Source: a virus
Lineage: Duplodnaviria; Caudoviricetes
Reading direction: 5' to 3' (one strand)
DNA: 37,693 bases
IMG/VR virus record: IMGVR_UViG_3300043394_000191
Coordinates: 1 to 37,693 of that record
The number at the start of each line of letters is the position of its first letter. Position 1 is the stretch's first letter. This document shows positions 1-9,867 of the stretch, in pieces. The notes beneath the pieces were generated by a model. The model did no database searches and was not told the DNA's origin. It was given only the letters and a program-made list of their open reading frames with translations. A program made the translations under genes and the position numbers.

Positions 1-345
1 TGCATAAAGGAATATGCTGAAGGTTATTTGATCCGCCAAGGAACTGAACAAGCCTATTTGATGGTGTCAAATAGTTACCCTCTGGGATTTCAGTGGTCAA
101 TCCAGCATCGGTGTAGACTTTTACGTTAGCAATACCACCGTTAGATAGAAAAATACTTTCCATCGTGTAGCGCTCAGCACCAGTCACAGTCCAAGTTTTC
201 GTATCGCCAGTAGTTGTTGAGTAGTTGATATTCGCAACACCGCCGGTTGTTGTTGGTGATGTCCAAGTGCCAACCTGAACACCATCGGCGTTAGTTTTTG
301 TAACTGTAGGCGATGTCGCTGTGGTTCCTGTGGTCTTGTTCTCTG
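1..345. repeat. Terminal direct repeat, left copy (circular overlap or terminal redundancy); 10 mismatches to the right copy
   Basis: 1-345 aligns without gaps to 37349-37693. Mismatches at 86, 179, 182, 188, 194, 200, 206, 209, 215 and 218. Confidence 0.97.
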
Positions 346-1525
346 TCACTTTAGCAACAATAGTTGCCGGATAAAGGCCTGCCAAAGTGCAATTTATCAT
401 GCGAGGCGCGCCGTCGTTCGTCACATTAAATCTGTTTGTGAATAACCATCTAGCCCAATACAGGCCGTCAGATGTCATTGGGGTATATACCGCAAATTCA
501 GGATAATCTGTGCGCAGCTTTTTAAGCATGCAGGCATTTTGCAGCGAAGACAATGAGAACGCTGGCGCGCTTCGTGCGGCAATGTCTCGAATCACTTTAG
601 AGATTTTATTCTCTGCGAACTTTTCCCAGTATATTCCGCCTGTAGCGCTGTCAATCTGTGTTGTGCTGCCAACGTCAGCGGTGCCTGATTTTGCTACATA
701 TGAGCCACTATCAACGCCAGCTAATTCATATCCTGACGTAATAATAACATCATCAACAACTGCGGTTTCAGCCCCTAGATCATCAAATGTTTCTGCAAAT
801 CTTACTCTATCAAGCAGTTCTGTCTGGACAAAAGCAGTTGTCGCTATGCTGGTATCATTATCATTTGCGGATGGAGTTGGTGCACTTGGATTACCAGTAA
901 ATACTGGTGATGAAAGTGGCGCCTTAAGGTCAAGCTCATCATTTATATCTGATATATCGCCAGCTGTATCTGAAGGCAATGACAAATCAGATTTAAGCTG
1001 CGACACGGTAATAAGCTCTGCCGTATCGTCGTCGTTTATTCTTGCGTATGATTTTTGGCTAACACTTTCGATCTCTATTAAAGCATTGCCAATTTCGGTG
1101 GGAGTTGCGCCCTCAGCCAAAGCTTCGCCACTTGTATCTGAAAATACGGCGATAGCTCCAATTGTTGAAGTTAATGGACCAATTACAAAACCATTATCTC
1201 TATACTCAATTTGATAAGTTGCTGTTGCGCCATTATTAAGAGTTATGTCATCTACTCCAGCGGCCAAGCTGGTTATCTTGTATAGGCGGTATTCTGTTTC
1301 TTCGCAGCGCACATAGGTTGGCTCATCATCATCAACTTCAAGATTTGCCGCTTGCAGCAACGATATAGTTTTATAAATAAACCTAGGATCTATAGAGTCT
1401 TTAATCTGAGCTATAAAGTTATCTCTGGAGATTTTCTCATTCTCTGTGGCAGAAAATACACCAATGAATTTATCCTGAGATACCGTTGATACCGTTGTAA
1501 AATCAGATTGCCGATCATTTGCCAT
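1..1525 (-). CDS. Tail fibre / receptor-binding protein, N-terminal part; continues across the junction into 37348-35982 (about 963 aa in total)
   Basis: ATG at 1525 just after the stop of 1528..2595, giving MANDRQSDFTTVSTVSQDKF. Contains the tail-fibre repeat KAPLSSPVFTGNPSAPTPSANDNDTSIATTAFVQ. In frame with ORF 35982..37535 through the repeat (1525+1367=2892 nt). Missing from the ORF track because it runs off the edge. Confidence 0.85.
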   Translation of the reverse strand, partial: MANDRQSDFTTVSTVSQDKFIGVFSATENEKISRDNFIAQIKDSIDPRFIYKTISLLQAANLEVDDDEPTYVRCEETEYRLYKITSLAAGVDDITLNNGATATYQIEYRDNGFVIGPLTSTIGAIAVFSDTSGEALAEGATPTEIGNALIEIESVSQKSYARINDDDTAELITVSQLKSDLSLPSDTAGDISDINDELDLKAPLSSPVFTGNPSAPTPSANDNDTSIATTAFVQTELLDRVRFAETFDDLGAETAVVDDVIITSGYELAGVDSGSYVAKSGTADVGSTTQIDSATGGIYWEKFAENKISKVIRDIAARSAPAFSLSSLQNACMLKKLRTDYPEFAVYTPMTSDGLYWARWLFTNRFNVTNDGAPRMINCTLAGLYPATIVAKVTENKTTGTTATSPTVTKTNADGVQVGTWTSPTTTGGVANINYSTTTGDTKTWTVTGAERYTMESIFLSNGGIANVKVYTDAGLTTEIPEGNYLTPSNRLVQFLGGSNNLQHIPLC

Positions 1526-1527
1526 GT

Positions 1528-2595
1528 TTAAACTCCAGCTCCAACTCTAATTGCGTTTATTGATCCGTATCTTATCTCTGTTGCTGTTGCAGATGAAGCA
1601 TTTTGTGCAACCCATAGCCCAAGGCTTGATCCTGTATCCAATCTAATCATCCCGCTAAAAATAATTGTGTTATCTGAAGATCCGCTATTTTCAAAAACAG
1701 GAGTGGTGACTGAGCTTGACTCATCAACAGATGATAAGGTGAAATTTTGCCAGCAAACCTTTTGCAGGGCTGTTGATGAGTCGGCATCGAGAGTTATTTG
1801 AAGCCCGTTTGCGGCACCACCAGAATTAGAGTTCCATACAACAACACCTTGCACAAAGTACCATCCAGTAGCCAATCCTGTAATCGTGAGGTCAGTATCT
1901 CTGCTTAATGTTGTATCTGTTGTTATGGAAAGAGTTGATGATCTTCTTGCTGAGCCAGAATAAGAACTTGTTATTCCGCCGCCAACTGTCAGGTTTCCAG
2001 AAACATCAAAATCACCTGCTACAGCATTATTAAATGTTAAGTTCTCCCAAGTAGCATCGGGCGGCTCAGTGATGTTGTCGTCAACAGTTGACCGGTATAA
2101 GTAGCCGTTAAGAATCACTATGCTATTTTCAGAATATCCGCTTGGGCGATCTTCGTTCCAATATTCTAAGAATGCTATTTTAGACCACTTGGTTGGTGCG
2201 GAATCAGGCGCATTACCTATGTTATTTGCTGAAAGAGATAAATAATAGTTACCATCAGTATATTTAACTGTATCGTTTAAGCCATAGTTATTAACTAGGC
2301 TAAAGTCAGAGAATTGACCCTCTGATCCACTAAAATCTACGCCATGACGTAACCATTGCTGAACGCCATCAGAGTTTGTCACTTTGATTGTATAAAGGCC
2401 ATCACCCCAAACTGGCGGAAGCCGACCCTCGGCGCTCAATGTCACTGGGTTTGTGTTTGCTGACCCACCATCAGAGTTATAAGTATCTTTTAAGGTGGTA
2501 GTTGATCCATTTTCATAGAAGTAAACTTTTCCACCGGAAAGAATATTTCCTTCGCCATCAAAATACTGTGGAACTGGATTTGTGAATCGTTTCAT
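1528..2595 (-). CDS. Tail or tailspike-attachment structural protein with two short carbohydrate-binding-like (CBM5/12-type) repeats
   Basis: N-terminus (PQYFDGEGNILSGGKVYFYENG...NTNPVTLSAEGR) resembles podovirus tailspike head-binding regions. Repeats YGLNDTVKYTDGNYYLSL...W and YSENSIVILNGYLYRS...W. Follows the ejection genes. Confidence 0.65.
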   Translation of the reverse strand: MKRFTNPVPQYFDGEGNILSGGKVYFYENGSTTTLKDTYNSDGGSANTNPVTLSAEGRLPPVWGDGLYTIKVTNSDGVQQWLRHGVDFSGSEGQFSDFSLVNNYGLNDTVKYTDGNYYLSLSANNIGNAPDSAPTKWSKIAFLEYWNEDRPSGYSENSIVILNGYLYRSTVDDNITEPPDATWENLTFNNAVAGDFDVSGNLTVGGGITSSYSGSARRSSTLSITTDTTLSRDTDLTITGLATGWYFVQGVVVWNSNSGGAANGLQITLDADSSTALQKVCWQNFTLSSVDESSSVTTPVFENSGSSDNTIIFSGMIRLDTGSSLGLWVAQNASSATATEIRYGSINAIRVGAGV

Positions 2596-4268
2596 TTATT
2601 TTCACTCTGCAAAATTGTTTTTAATGCCTGTAGTGATTCTTGCCGCTTTTTCTTGTCGGATTTAGACAGCAGCGAAATACCCTTATCTAGGGCGGTTCTT
2701 GTAACTCCGCGATCTATAAGCTCAGCGGCTTGTTTATCAAGATTTCCACCAAGAGATGTTTTTGGCCTAACACCATAAAATGACTCAAGATCATCAGATA
2801 TAGCAACAAGCTTAAAAATATCATCACTGAATTGCGCACCATATTTCTGCGTTACGGAATCTATATTCTTTATTGCATTTTCCATGTCCGCTACGCGCTG
2901 CTGTTTGCTGAGCAGTGCCCCCAATCTGATACCGAGAGCCTTATCTGATCCTTCGCCATATATATCTATGGTTCCCAATGATTTTTGAAGATCTCCAAGC
3001 GCTTCCGCTGTTTCAGAGTATGCAGAGTTGGCAGATTTATAGCTATCGCTCGCATCTCCAAGAGTATTATTGATGTCTCTTGCTACATCCTTTAAAAAAA
3101 CTTCCGTACTTGGACGCAATCCGCCTTCGCGCTTTTTACCATAATGGACATTGTCGTAAATATATTTTTTTAGATAATGTAAATCTTTTGCAGTTTTTGC
3201 CTCTCTTATTCTTCCAGCAACATTTGATATTACTTTTTTATCTGCGCTAAACCCTTCAACTGCTGATTTTTTAAATATAGGCACATTATCATCATCTAAC
3301 CTAATGTCTAATTTTTTAATGCCTTCGGAAAAGGTGCTTATTGGAGCGCTAGGATCAATAACTTCAGGAAGCGTTTGAACAGCTTTATCAACTTCTATGC
3401 CAGCTTTTTTGTTTTCACTCTTTGCCGACTTTATTCTTTCGGCTAGCGCTTGACCTACAACACTGGTGTGTCGATCATAACGAGATGCCATGTAATCATT
3501 ATCGCCGCGCTCAATTGCGCTGACCATCTCTGCCGCTCTTTTTCTTTCAACTGGGTTTAGCTTAGTTAGCTCATCAACAAACCGCTCATCCATTCCATTT
3601 TTTATTGCGGAACTTGCCGCAGACTGTATTTTGCTTTCCTGACTTGCCGCTATAGATAATGGCGATTTCGCCTTTGCTATGGCCGCCTCATCTAATGCCA
3701 TATGCCCAATTGCTGGTGCGCCAATTTTAGTTGCTTGCGCTGCCGTATTAATATTCCCAGCCATGCCACCAAGAACAGGAGGCAACGAAGATAAGCCAAG
3801 TTTTTCTGAACCTTCGCCTATTTTTTGTAAAAATAGCTTTGCAGCCTCTGTTTCAGGTGTATTTGTTAGGCTCTCACCTACTCTATTGGAGTAATCTTCT
3901 ATTCTGTTGGCCGCTTCAGGAGTTCCATATTGACCTGTCATAAGCTCTCGTCCGGCCTGAGCAATAAATCCAGCTCCTCGCCCTAACATGCCAGTTGTTG
4001 CGCCAGTAATCATTGTGCCAGATGCGCCTCCAACTCCTTCTATAAAGTCACCAATAGACATACTTGGCGATGCTTCTTTTTGGCGATTAGCATAATAATC
4101 GGCAACTTGCCTGTCTTGCACAGGGCTTGGTACGTCGCTTATCGGTGCCGATGGTTGTGATGAAAATTGCTGCTGAGCATAGGCTATAACCTGCTCTTGT
4201 GTGGCATCATCAGGCGCGTTAACTTCAAACCTTCTGCCATCTGGTGATGTAATTTCATATCTAGCCAT
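2592..4268 (-). CDS. DNA ejection / internal virion protein (P22 gp16 position)
   Basis: Probable start MARYEITSPDGRRFEVNAPDDATQEQV at 4268, overlapping the upstream stop (TAATG). Last of the ejection cluster by synteny. Confidence 0.6.
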   Translation of the reverse strand: MARYEITSPDGRRFEVNAPDDATQEQVIAYAQQQFSSQPSAPISDVPSPVQDRQVADYYANRQKEASPSMSIGDFIEGVGGASGTMITGATTGMLGRGAGFIAQAGRELMTGQYGTPEAANRIEDYSNRVGESLTNTPETEAAKLFLQKIGEGSEKLGLSSLPPVLGGMAGNINTAAQATKIGAPAIGHMALDEAAIAKAKSPLSIAASQESKIQSAASSAIKNGMDERFVDELTKLNPVERKRAAEMVSAIERGDNDYMASRYDRHTSVVGQALAERIKSAKSENKKAGIEVDKAVQTLPEVIDPSAPISTFSEGIKKLDIRLDDDNVPIFKKSAVEGFSADKKVISNVAGRIREAKTAKDLHYLKKYIYDNVHYGKKREGGLRPSTEVFLKDVARDINNTLGDASDSYKSANSAYSETAEALGDLQKSLGTIDIYGEGSDKALGIRLGALLSKQQRVADMENAIKNIDSVTQKYGAQFSDDIFKLVAISDDLESFYGVRPKTSLGGNLDKQAAELIDRGVTRTALDKGISLLSKSDKKKRQESLQALKTILQSENK

Positions 4269-5452
4269 TATTGCCCCAATGGACGAATTGACCATCCGCC
4301 AGTTGATTGCTGACTGTTAATACCCTGAGTCATTGCGCCGGCGCCAGATCCGCCCTGAGACTCATCACTAAAATCAATTGAGATCGCATCATCAATGTAT
4401 TTTAATGTATCTTCGTCTTTGTCTGTTTGTGCGGCCTGCTTTCCTCTGCGAATTCTTAATTCAGCAAGCTTCATTGCATTATTAAGCAATCGAATATTTA
4501 TTTTACCTGTTTGAGAAAAGCTGGCCTGAGCCTGCTCTAATGCAAGTCGCTCTCCTTCTGTTGGGTTGCCGCCAAAGGTAGATTTAAGCTGCCCAAGTAT
4601 ATTTTGGCCAAATAACGAATTAAGCTCACCCTCATCTGCGCTCGAAACCCCAAGATAATTAGCTACTTTTCTCAAAGCGTTTGCGCCACCACCGGAATTT
4701 ATTTCTTCTTGTAGTTGAATTGCACGCTTGATGGTTGGCATATTCTCTGCCGCCGCTAATGCTTGAGTTTTATAGATTGTTCTTTGCTCAGCGCTTTGTG
4801 TTGCGGTTTTTTCAGAAGCCTTAATTTGAGGCTCAGTTCTTGCTATGACACCCTGCTCTTCTTCTTTGATTGATCGCTTTAGCTCAGGCTCAAGCTCTGC
4901 TCTAGCCTCAAGGCCAGTTCTGGTTTTTAATCCATAGGCTTCAGCTTGCCTTCCAGCTTGAGCGTCCAAGGCGGCCTTAACTTTAGCTTGCTGATCTGGC
5001 GATAACTCAGCCATGGCAACTTGACCATTTCGCAATTGCTGAATATAGCCAAGACCTTCAACATATTGAGCTTGCTGTACGTCGGTAGCGTTATTTGCGC
5101 CAGATGCACCAAGAACGCTATCTGTCTGCGCAATAAGATTTTGAAGTCCAGCGTCATCTAGTGGAGTGCTAGCTAAATCTTCTGGCGTAAATCCCACTGC
5201 CTGAAGAGCGCCAGAGTAATCCTGCACTAGCTTCATGCGGCCTTCTGGTGGCAAAGTTAAGGCTTTCTGTGCGAGCTTATTGGCGATCTGAATCTTTCGT
5301 AAGCTAGATTGATATTCACCCTCGCCAAGACTTTGCTGGCGCGCCTGATTAGATAATGTCTTTGCGCGAATATCCTGACCAGATGAAAAGGCATCAAGAA
5401 GCCCTTGACCCGCATTGGGAGATTGAACACCCTGAAGAACTGAGTAGGCCAT
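4268..5452 (-). CDS. DNA ejection protein (P22 gp20 position)
   Basis: 394 aa, A/Q/G-rich and helical. Synteny. Confidence 0.55.
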   Translation of the reverse strand: MAYSVLQGVQSPNAGQGLLDAFSSGQDIRAKTLSNQARQQSLGEGEYQSSLRKIQIANKLAQKALTLPPEGRMKLVQDYSGALQAVGFTPEDLASTPLDDAGLQNLIAQTDSVLGASGANNATDVQQAQYVEGLGYIQQLRNGQVAMAELSPDQQAKVKAALDAQAGRQAEAYGLKTRTGLEARAELEPELKRSIKEEEQGVIARTEPQIKASEKTATQSAEQRTIYKTQALAAAENMPTIKRAIQLQEEINSGGGANALRKVANYLGVSSADEGELNSLFGQNILGQLKSTFGGNPTEGERLALEQAQASFSQTGKINIRLLNNAMKLAELRIRRGKQAAQTDKDEDTLKYIDDAISIDFSDESQGGSGAGAMTQGINSQQSTGGWSIRPLGQ

Positions 5453-5901
5453 TATTTTCCACCGAATAGTTGCGCAAAATTCACATATTGAGAATTCCCC
5501 ATTACAGGGCGCTTGCTAGGATCATATGGCATTCTAGGAGGCCGAGATTGAGGCGATTGGCGCGGCACCATTGCGGCCTGCTGCTGTTGCAGATTCTGCA
5601 TCATAGAATTATATCTATTTAGTAAATTATTTGGCATTGCGCCGCGCTGATAAATATCGCCGACCTGCGAATAATCGAACTCAGGCTGATTAAACAGTTG
5701 ATCAAAAGAACGGTACTGTGGAGGCGCGATATATTGCTGAGGAGTATACTCAGGAATTTGAGGCTGATTAGTTTGGCCTGCAGGCTGTTGCTGCCTATAA
5801 TTGTCCATAAATCTTGACAGCATTCCGCCGCCAGATACACCACCAAGCGCTTGCGACAAAGCATTACTACCGGAAAATTTATTAATCATATTAATCTCCA
5901 A
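5452..5901 (-). CDS. Hypothetical Q/P-rich low-complexity protein in the ejection cluster
   Basis: 149-aa ORF translationally coupled to the next gene. Confidence 0.55.
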   Translation of the reverse strand: MEINMINKFSGSNALSQALGGVSGGGMLSRFMDNYRQQQPAGQTNQPQIPEYTPQQYIAPPQYRSFDQLFNQPEFDYSQVGDIYQRGAMPNNLLNRYNSMMQNLQQQQAAMVPRQSPQSRPPRMPYDPSKRPVMGNSQYVNFAQLFGGK

Positions 5902-5915
5902 ATATCTTGGCGCAA

Positions 5916-6932
5916 TTAGTATTGTGGCGCTCTAAAGTCCCATCCGCCCTGTGGAGCAGAACCACTGCCACCGAAAAGCGAGCCGAAATTAGGCATAGCC
6001 CCACCGGCAGCCCCATACGCACCTACGCCAGCCTGTAAACCTTGCATCCATGCTGGGGTAGTTTGTGCTGCATAAACATCACCACCAGCTTTTGCGGCGC
6101 CAAGGTTCTTGGCTAATTGTGCCTGTTCAGTTCCTGCGCCAGTGTAGACATTAGCAGTTGCAGTACCCTCATTAGCAAATAGATCAGCCAGATTTTGCAT
6201 TGTTGACTGAGCTGAGCCAGCTCTAGTCCCTATTAGCTGCTGAAATGCAGCGGCCTCACCAGTGCTTAAATTGCTAAGGTTTGAACCCAAGTTTGATCTA
6301 ATTCCAGCTATGTTGGATGCTGCATTTTCACCGCGCCCAGATATTTCATTTAAGCGTCCGTAGTAGTTACCGAAATCAGTTTGAGCGCGGCCAAATTCAT
6401 CTTCAGCCAATGCTGACATAACAGATGCTTGATTTCCAAGGCCGCCACCAAGACGGGAGAATGTACGCAACCGCGCCTCCTCTTGCTTTTTCCTCAGCCA
6501 ATCAGTGCCGGGTGATTCATTAAAACCTGCGTATGCCTGCCGCTGTGCGTCGCCGCCCATTAACCCGCTAAATGCGGCCTGCAGTTGTGATGCTGATTCT
6601 CCCCTTTGGTAGGATGGCTGAAACATTTCTTCAGCACCCATTGCGCCAGCAGTAATATCGCCGCGAGCGCGATCATAGCCGCCAGACAAGACTTTGCCTG
6701 ACTCATCGAAAATTCTGCCAAATTGCTCTTGGCCGGATAGTAATGCAGTTCTGGCATTTTGGTAGTTTGTACCAAGTTGATTCACTGCTTTGCCAGTAAA
6801 TTCTCTTTGTAGCTGCTGCCCTGCGGCTACACCTTTAGCCTGTTTATTTGCTGCTGATTTAGCGGCATCAGCCTGCTTATCAGCTGAATACAATCCAACT
6901 GCTGCACCACCAATTGCTATTGCTGCTGGCAT
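5916..6932 (-). CDS. DNA ejection protein (P22 gp7-like)
   Basis: Probable start MPAAIAIGGAAVGLYSADKQADAAKSAA, a typical gp7-like N-terminus. G/A-rich. Confidence 0.7.
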   Translation of the reverse strand: MPAAIAIGGAAVGLYSADKQADAAKSAANKQAKGVAAGQQLQREFTGKAVNQLGTNYQNARTALLSGQEQFGRIFDESGKVLSGGYDRARGDITAGAMGAEEMFQPSYQRGESASQLQAAFSGLMGGDAQRQAYAGFNESPGTDWLRKKQEEARLRTFSRLGGGLGNQASVMSALAEDEFGRAQTDFGNYYGRLNEISGRGENAASNIAGIRSNLGSNLSNLSTGEAAAFQQLIGTRAGSAQSTMQNLADLFANEGTATANVYTGAGTEQAQLAKNLGAAKAGGDVYAAQTTPAWMQGLQAGVGAYGAAGGAMPNFGSLFGGSGSAPQGGWDFRAPQY

Positions 6933-7369
6933 TTTTTCAGCTCCCATGCCTCTACAGGCACTGATAAACCATTTTTAATTATCGGATCTTTTTGACCGGA
7001 ATATGAGAACCCGCACTTGATAGCCAGCTTTTTTGCAGCTGGATTATCAATTGGGATAAATGTTTCTATGGATTCATAATCAGTATCATTAAAAACCTTT
7101 TCAATGATCTCATCGCCGAATTTCTTTGCCAGTCCATGTACAAATAAACAGGTGTGTATTTCTGTGGCTTTGTGTGACTTCTCCATGAAAAAGAAGCATC
7201 CACATAGGTTTTTATCATTGTAGCACAATGCTAGCCTAATTTTAATGCCGTCAATTTCTGGGCATTTAAAGCTATCTAAATTACACGTATCATCACTTAT
7301 CCATGGCCAAATAGATGGCATTGTAAATATCTTCTGGGCGATCTCTTTATCTGTAGACCACTCAATCAT
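6917..7369 (-). CDS. GNAT-fold head assembly protein (P22 gp14 / DUF2824-like)
   Basis: Motifs EIHTC and NPAAKKLAIKCGF. Lies between the tail-hub genes and gp7. Confidence 0.7.
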   Translation of the reverse strand: MIEWSTDKEIAQKIFTMPSIWPWISDDTCNLDSFKCPEIDGIKIRLALCYNDKNLCGCFFFMEKSHKATEIHTCLFVHGLAKKFGDEIIEKVFNDTDYESIETFIPIDNPAAKKLAIKCGFSYSGQKDPIIKNGLSVPVEAWELKKCQQQ

Positions 7370-7626
7370 CCTATTGCCACCCATCCAGTATTTAAATCGC
7401 CAGCAGTTGTTTTTATGTAAATAAAGCTTCCTGAAGATCCTGTAGTATTAAAGTATAGCTTCTTTTTACTGGCGAACTTAACTCCCTCTGGTGAACCATC
7501 CCCTTCATCAATATTGAGCGCCTCTAGCATTTCGGTAACCGTTTCCATCCAAGCTCGCATGGTAATTTCTGCAATGCCATCCTTTCTAATTAAAGACGCT
7601 ATTTTATGAGGGATTACTGGCTTCAT
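7366..7626 (-). CDS. Small virion protein (gp26 position)
   Basis: 86 aa with GDGSPEGV...LYFNTTG...YIKT...TGW motif. Coupled to the gp10-like gene. Confidence 0.55.
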   Translation of the reverse strand: MKPVIPHKIASLIRKDGIAEITMRAWMETVTEMLEALNIDEGDGSPEGVKFASKKKLYFNTTGSSGSFIYIKTTAGDLNTGWVAIG

Positions 7627-9083
7627 AGTGTGTTCGCCATTACTGCATTCACCGAAAGAGCCTTGGAGCCGGTGTAATCAATTCGCAGCATTCTTGTATT
7701 AGGAACGGCGCCAAGCCTATCAAACACAACCCTGCGTCCATATTCACCGGTTCCGCCTATTCCTCTGGATATTGTCTCAGAGTAATTAAAACCGCCATCG
7801 TCTGAATATTTTAGCTGAAGGTATTCATTAGGCGCATTTCCTACATCACAATACACTTCCACACCATAAACTCTAATTCTGCGACCCATATCAAGGAATG
7901 GCTGAGTGATAAAATAGGAGTGCATCCCATTGCCATATTCGGTGTGAACAGAATCGTCTAGCATCCCGAGATTGCCGCCATCACTATCGGTGACAATCAC
8001 GCGATTGTAGGCCTGAACAATGTGTTTTGCTCGCCAAGGAGTATCTATTTCATTTGCGCCACTAGCGATTAATGATCGTCTTTCGTGCCAGCGACCACTT
8101 AATAGATCATAAACAAAACACCAATCACCGACAAATACCACAATAAATTCTGCACCGTTCTGTGAGTGGCGCAGAATTCTCGCGCCAGATATGGCTTCTG
8201 GCGTTTGGTTTTGGATAATAAAATCAACAGTGTTATCAGATAGCTTCTCTGGTTGTCCGCCATTAAATAACCATACCCCACGCTCTGCATTTTCACCGCT
8301 TCCAAGATATACAAATGATCCACGGAATAAGGAAACTGCATACTGACCCGCGAGGCCTGAATCTATAACTGAATTTGGCGAAGGTCTAAATGCAAACTCG
8401 ATACTGTCTGCATTGTAAAAAGGGACGGTAATATATTCGCCCATTGCATACAGGTTGTTCTGATAAACAACAAGGCCAATACAATTTGGAAATTGCTGAA
8501 TCTCCCATGCATCAACAGCACTATAGATGGTGCCATCATTTAAGTTTGAGTGGAATATAAAACGAGTGTTGTATTGCGCAAATACAAAAAATGAATCGAT
8601 AGCGACAACAGATATTGCAGGAGCTAGGAAGTTTGATACCGCCGTCACATCGGTAAGCGATGAGCCGTTATAGATGTAAGCGTTTCCGTTAGTCGTAAGC
8701 GTTGAATCAGGCACAAGAATACACATCTGCGCTTTAATCGAAACCATTATCACATCGATATTACCAAGTATCGTACCGACATCAACAGGCGTTAACGTAT
8801 CACTACCATCGGTATTTACAGCGCGATCTATCCGATAAAGTTTCTGGCCGCAAACAACATAAAGCACGCCATTCCAAACGTGAGCACCTCTGCCAATGCC
8901 ATCCAGACCAGTAATTAGCTCAGATATTCCGGGCGTCGCAAATAGACTGGATTCACTTAATGCGGCATTGGTTTGTTGTTGTGGATACCAATTGACGCAA
9001 CGCTGTGACGATAATGGCTTAGACCTCGATTGATAGAAGCCATTTGTAAAAGGAAGCTGCACACGACCTGATTTAAGAGCCAC
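7623..9083 (-). CDS. Tail hub / DNA stabilisation protein (P22 gp10-like)
   Basis: 486 aa, beta-rich. Motifs LFATPG, WHER and SDDGG...GEYGRRV. Synteny. Confidence 0.85.
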   Translation of the reverse strand: MALKSGRVQLPFTNGFYQSRSKPLSSQRCVNWYPQQQTNAALSESSLFATPGISELITGLDGIGRGAHVWNGVLYVVCGQKLYRIDRAVNTDGSDTLTPVDVGTILGNIDVIMVSIKAQMCILVPDSTLTTNGNAYIYNGSSLTDVTAVSNFLAPAISVVAIDSFFVFAQYNTRFIFHSNLNDGTIYSAVDAWEIQQFPNCIGLVVYQNNLYAMGEYITVPFYNADSIEFAFRPSPNSVIDSGLAGQYAVSLFRGSFVYLGSGENAERGVWLFNGGQPEKLSDNTVDFIIQNQTPEAISGARILRHSQNGAEFIVVFVGDWCFVYDLLSGRWHERRSLIASGANEIDTPWRAKHIVQAYNRVIVTDSDGGNLGMLDDSVHTEYGNGMHSYFITQPFLDMGRRIRVYGVEVYCDVGNAPNEYLQLKYSDDGGFNYSETISRGIGGTGEYGRRVVFDRLGAVPNTRMLRIDYTGSKALSVNAVMANTL

Positions 9084-9537
9084 TTTCCAACCCTATATAA
9101 CCGCCAGATTCTGAAAGCATCAAATTATCGTCTGTTGGATAAAATGATCCCAATAAGTTGTCGCGCTCTACTGCAAGTCCTATCGGCAAGCCGGATGGAT
9201 AAGCATTTGAATAATCAAAATCGATGTTTCTTAGCATCGTATTATAGGCGGTTCTTTCATCCATCTTGAGCATATCAAGACCGTCGAAAGCGCCATACTG
9301 CGAGGCCATGCGAACAGCCAAGGCCTTGACCGCCCACTCTTCAGAATAGCCAGGAATGGTTATATCTGAACTCGATGATATCGGTATTGTGTAGCCTAAA
9401 CCAAGATATGCAAAAACCCTAAACATCCTATTCGCATAACGAATGCCGGTTGCATATTGGTCATCTGACATTGGCTGCTCAGCGGCTAATTGGCCAAGCT
9501 CTTGGAGCGCATCACGAATTAGTTCGTTTGCTTTCAT
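9073..9537 (-). CDS. Head completion / adaptor protein (P22 gp4-like)
   Basis: Motifs LIRDALQELG, LAVRMASQYG and YPSGLPIG. Size and synteny. Confidence 0.8.
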   Translation of the reverse strand: MKANELIRDALQELGQLAAEQPMSDDQYATGIRYANRMFRVFAYLGLGYTIPISSSSDITIPGYSEEWAVKALAVRMASQYGAFDGLDMLKMDERTAYNTMLRNIDFDYSNAYPSGLPIGLAVERDNLLGSFYPTDDNLMLSESGGYIGLESGS

Positions 9538-9826
9538 TTAAGGCCACCATTGCTTTTTCTTTTACGGTTTCAAGGCTGCCACGCTTATCAATATCAATTC
9601 CTGCTTTTTCTTTCACAAGAGCTTCAACATCGTCTTTACTATCAAGACTTTTCAATAAATTCAATGTTTCGTCTTTTGCTTTCTCTTCTCTTTTTAATGG
9701 GAGCGAAAGTTGATCAAGAATAAATCCTGATTTTTCTAAAATAGCCCAGCCTTCACCATTGCACACTACCTTTACAGGCTCTGATTTTGTGCCATGCCAA
9801 ACTGGAAAATAATGATTCTTGTCCAT
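9512..9826 (-). CDS. Hypothetical protein downstream of coat
   Basis: 104-aa ORF with GAGG RBS. Confidence 0.65.
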   Translation of the reverse strand: MDKNHYFPVWHGTKSEPVKVVCNGEGWAILEKSGFILDQLSLPLKREEKAKDETLNLLKSLDSKDDVEALVKEKAGIDIDKRGSLETVKEKAMVALNESKRTNS

Positions 9827-9840
9827 GTAAACCTCAAATT

Positions 9841-9863
9841 AAAACAGGGGGATTTCTCCCCCT
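9841..9863 (-). terminator. Rho-independent terminator after the coat gene
   Basis: Minus strand reads AGGGGGA-GAAA-TCCCCCT-GTTTT. Confidence 0.7.
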
Positions 9864-9867
9864 ATTG

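Noticed and set aside
1-345. Diversity-generating retroelement TR/VR pair suggested by the mismatched repeat in a tail-fibre gene
   Set aside because: The changes are synonymous and not adenine-specific, no reverse transcriptase is present, and the copies are the contig ends.
510-1214. 234-aa plus-strand ORF
   Set aside because: It is the antisense shadow of the minus-strand tail-fibre gene, which carries a recognisable motif and synonymous-only variation.
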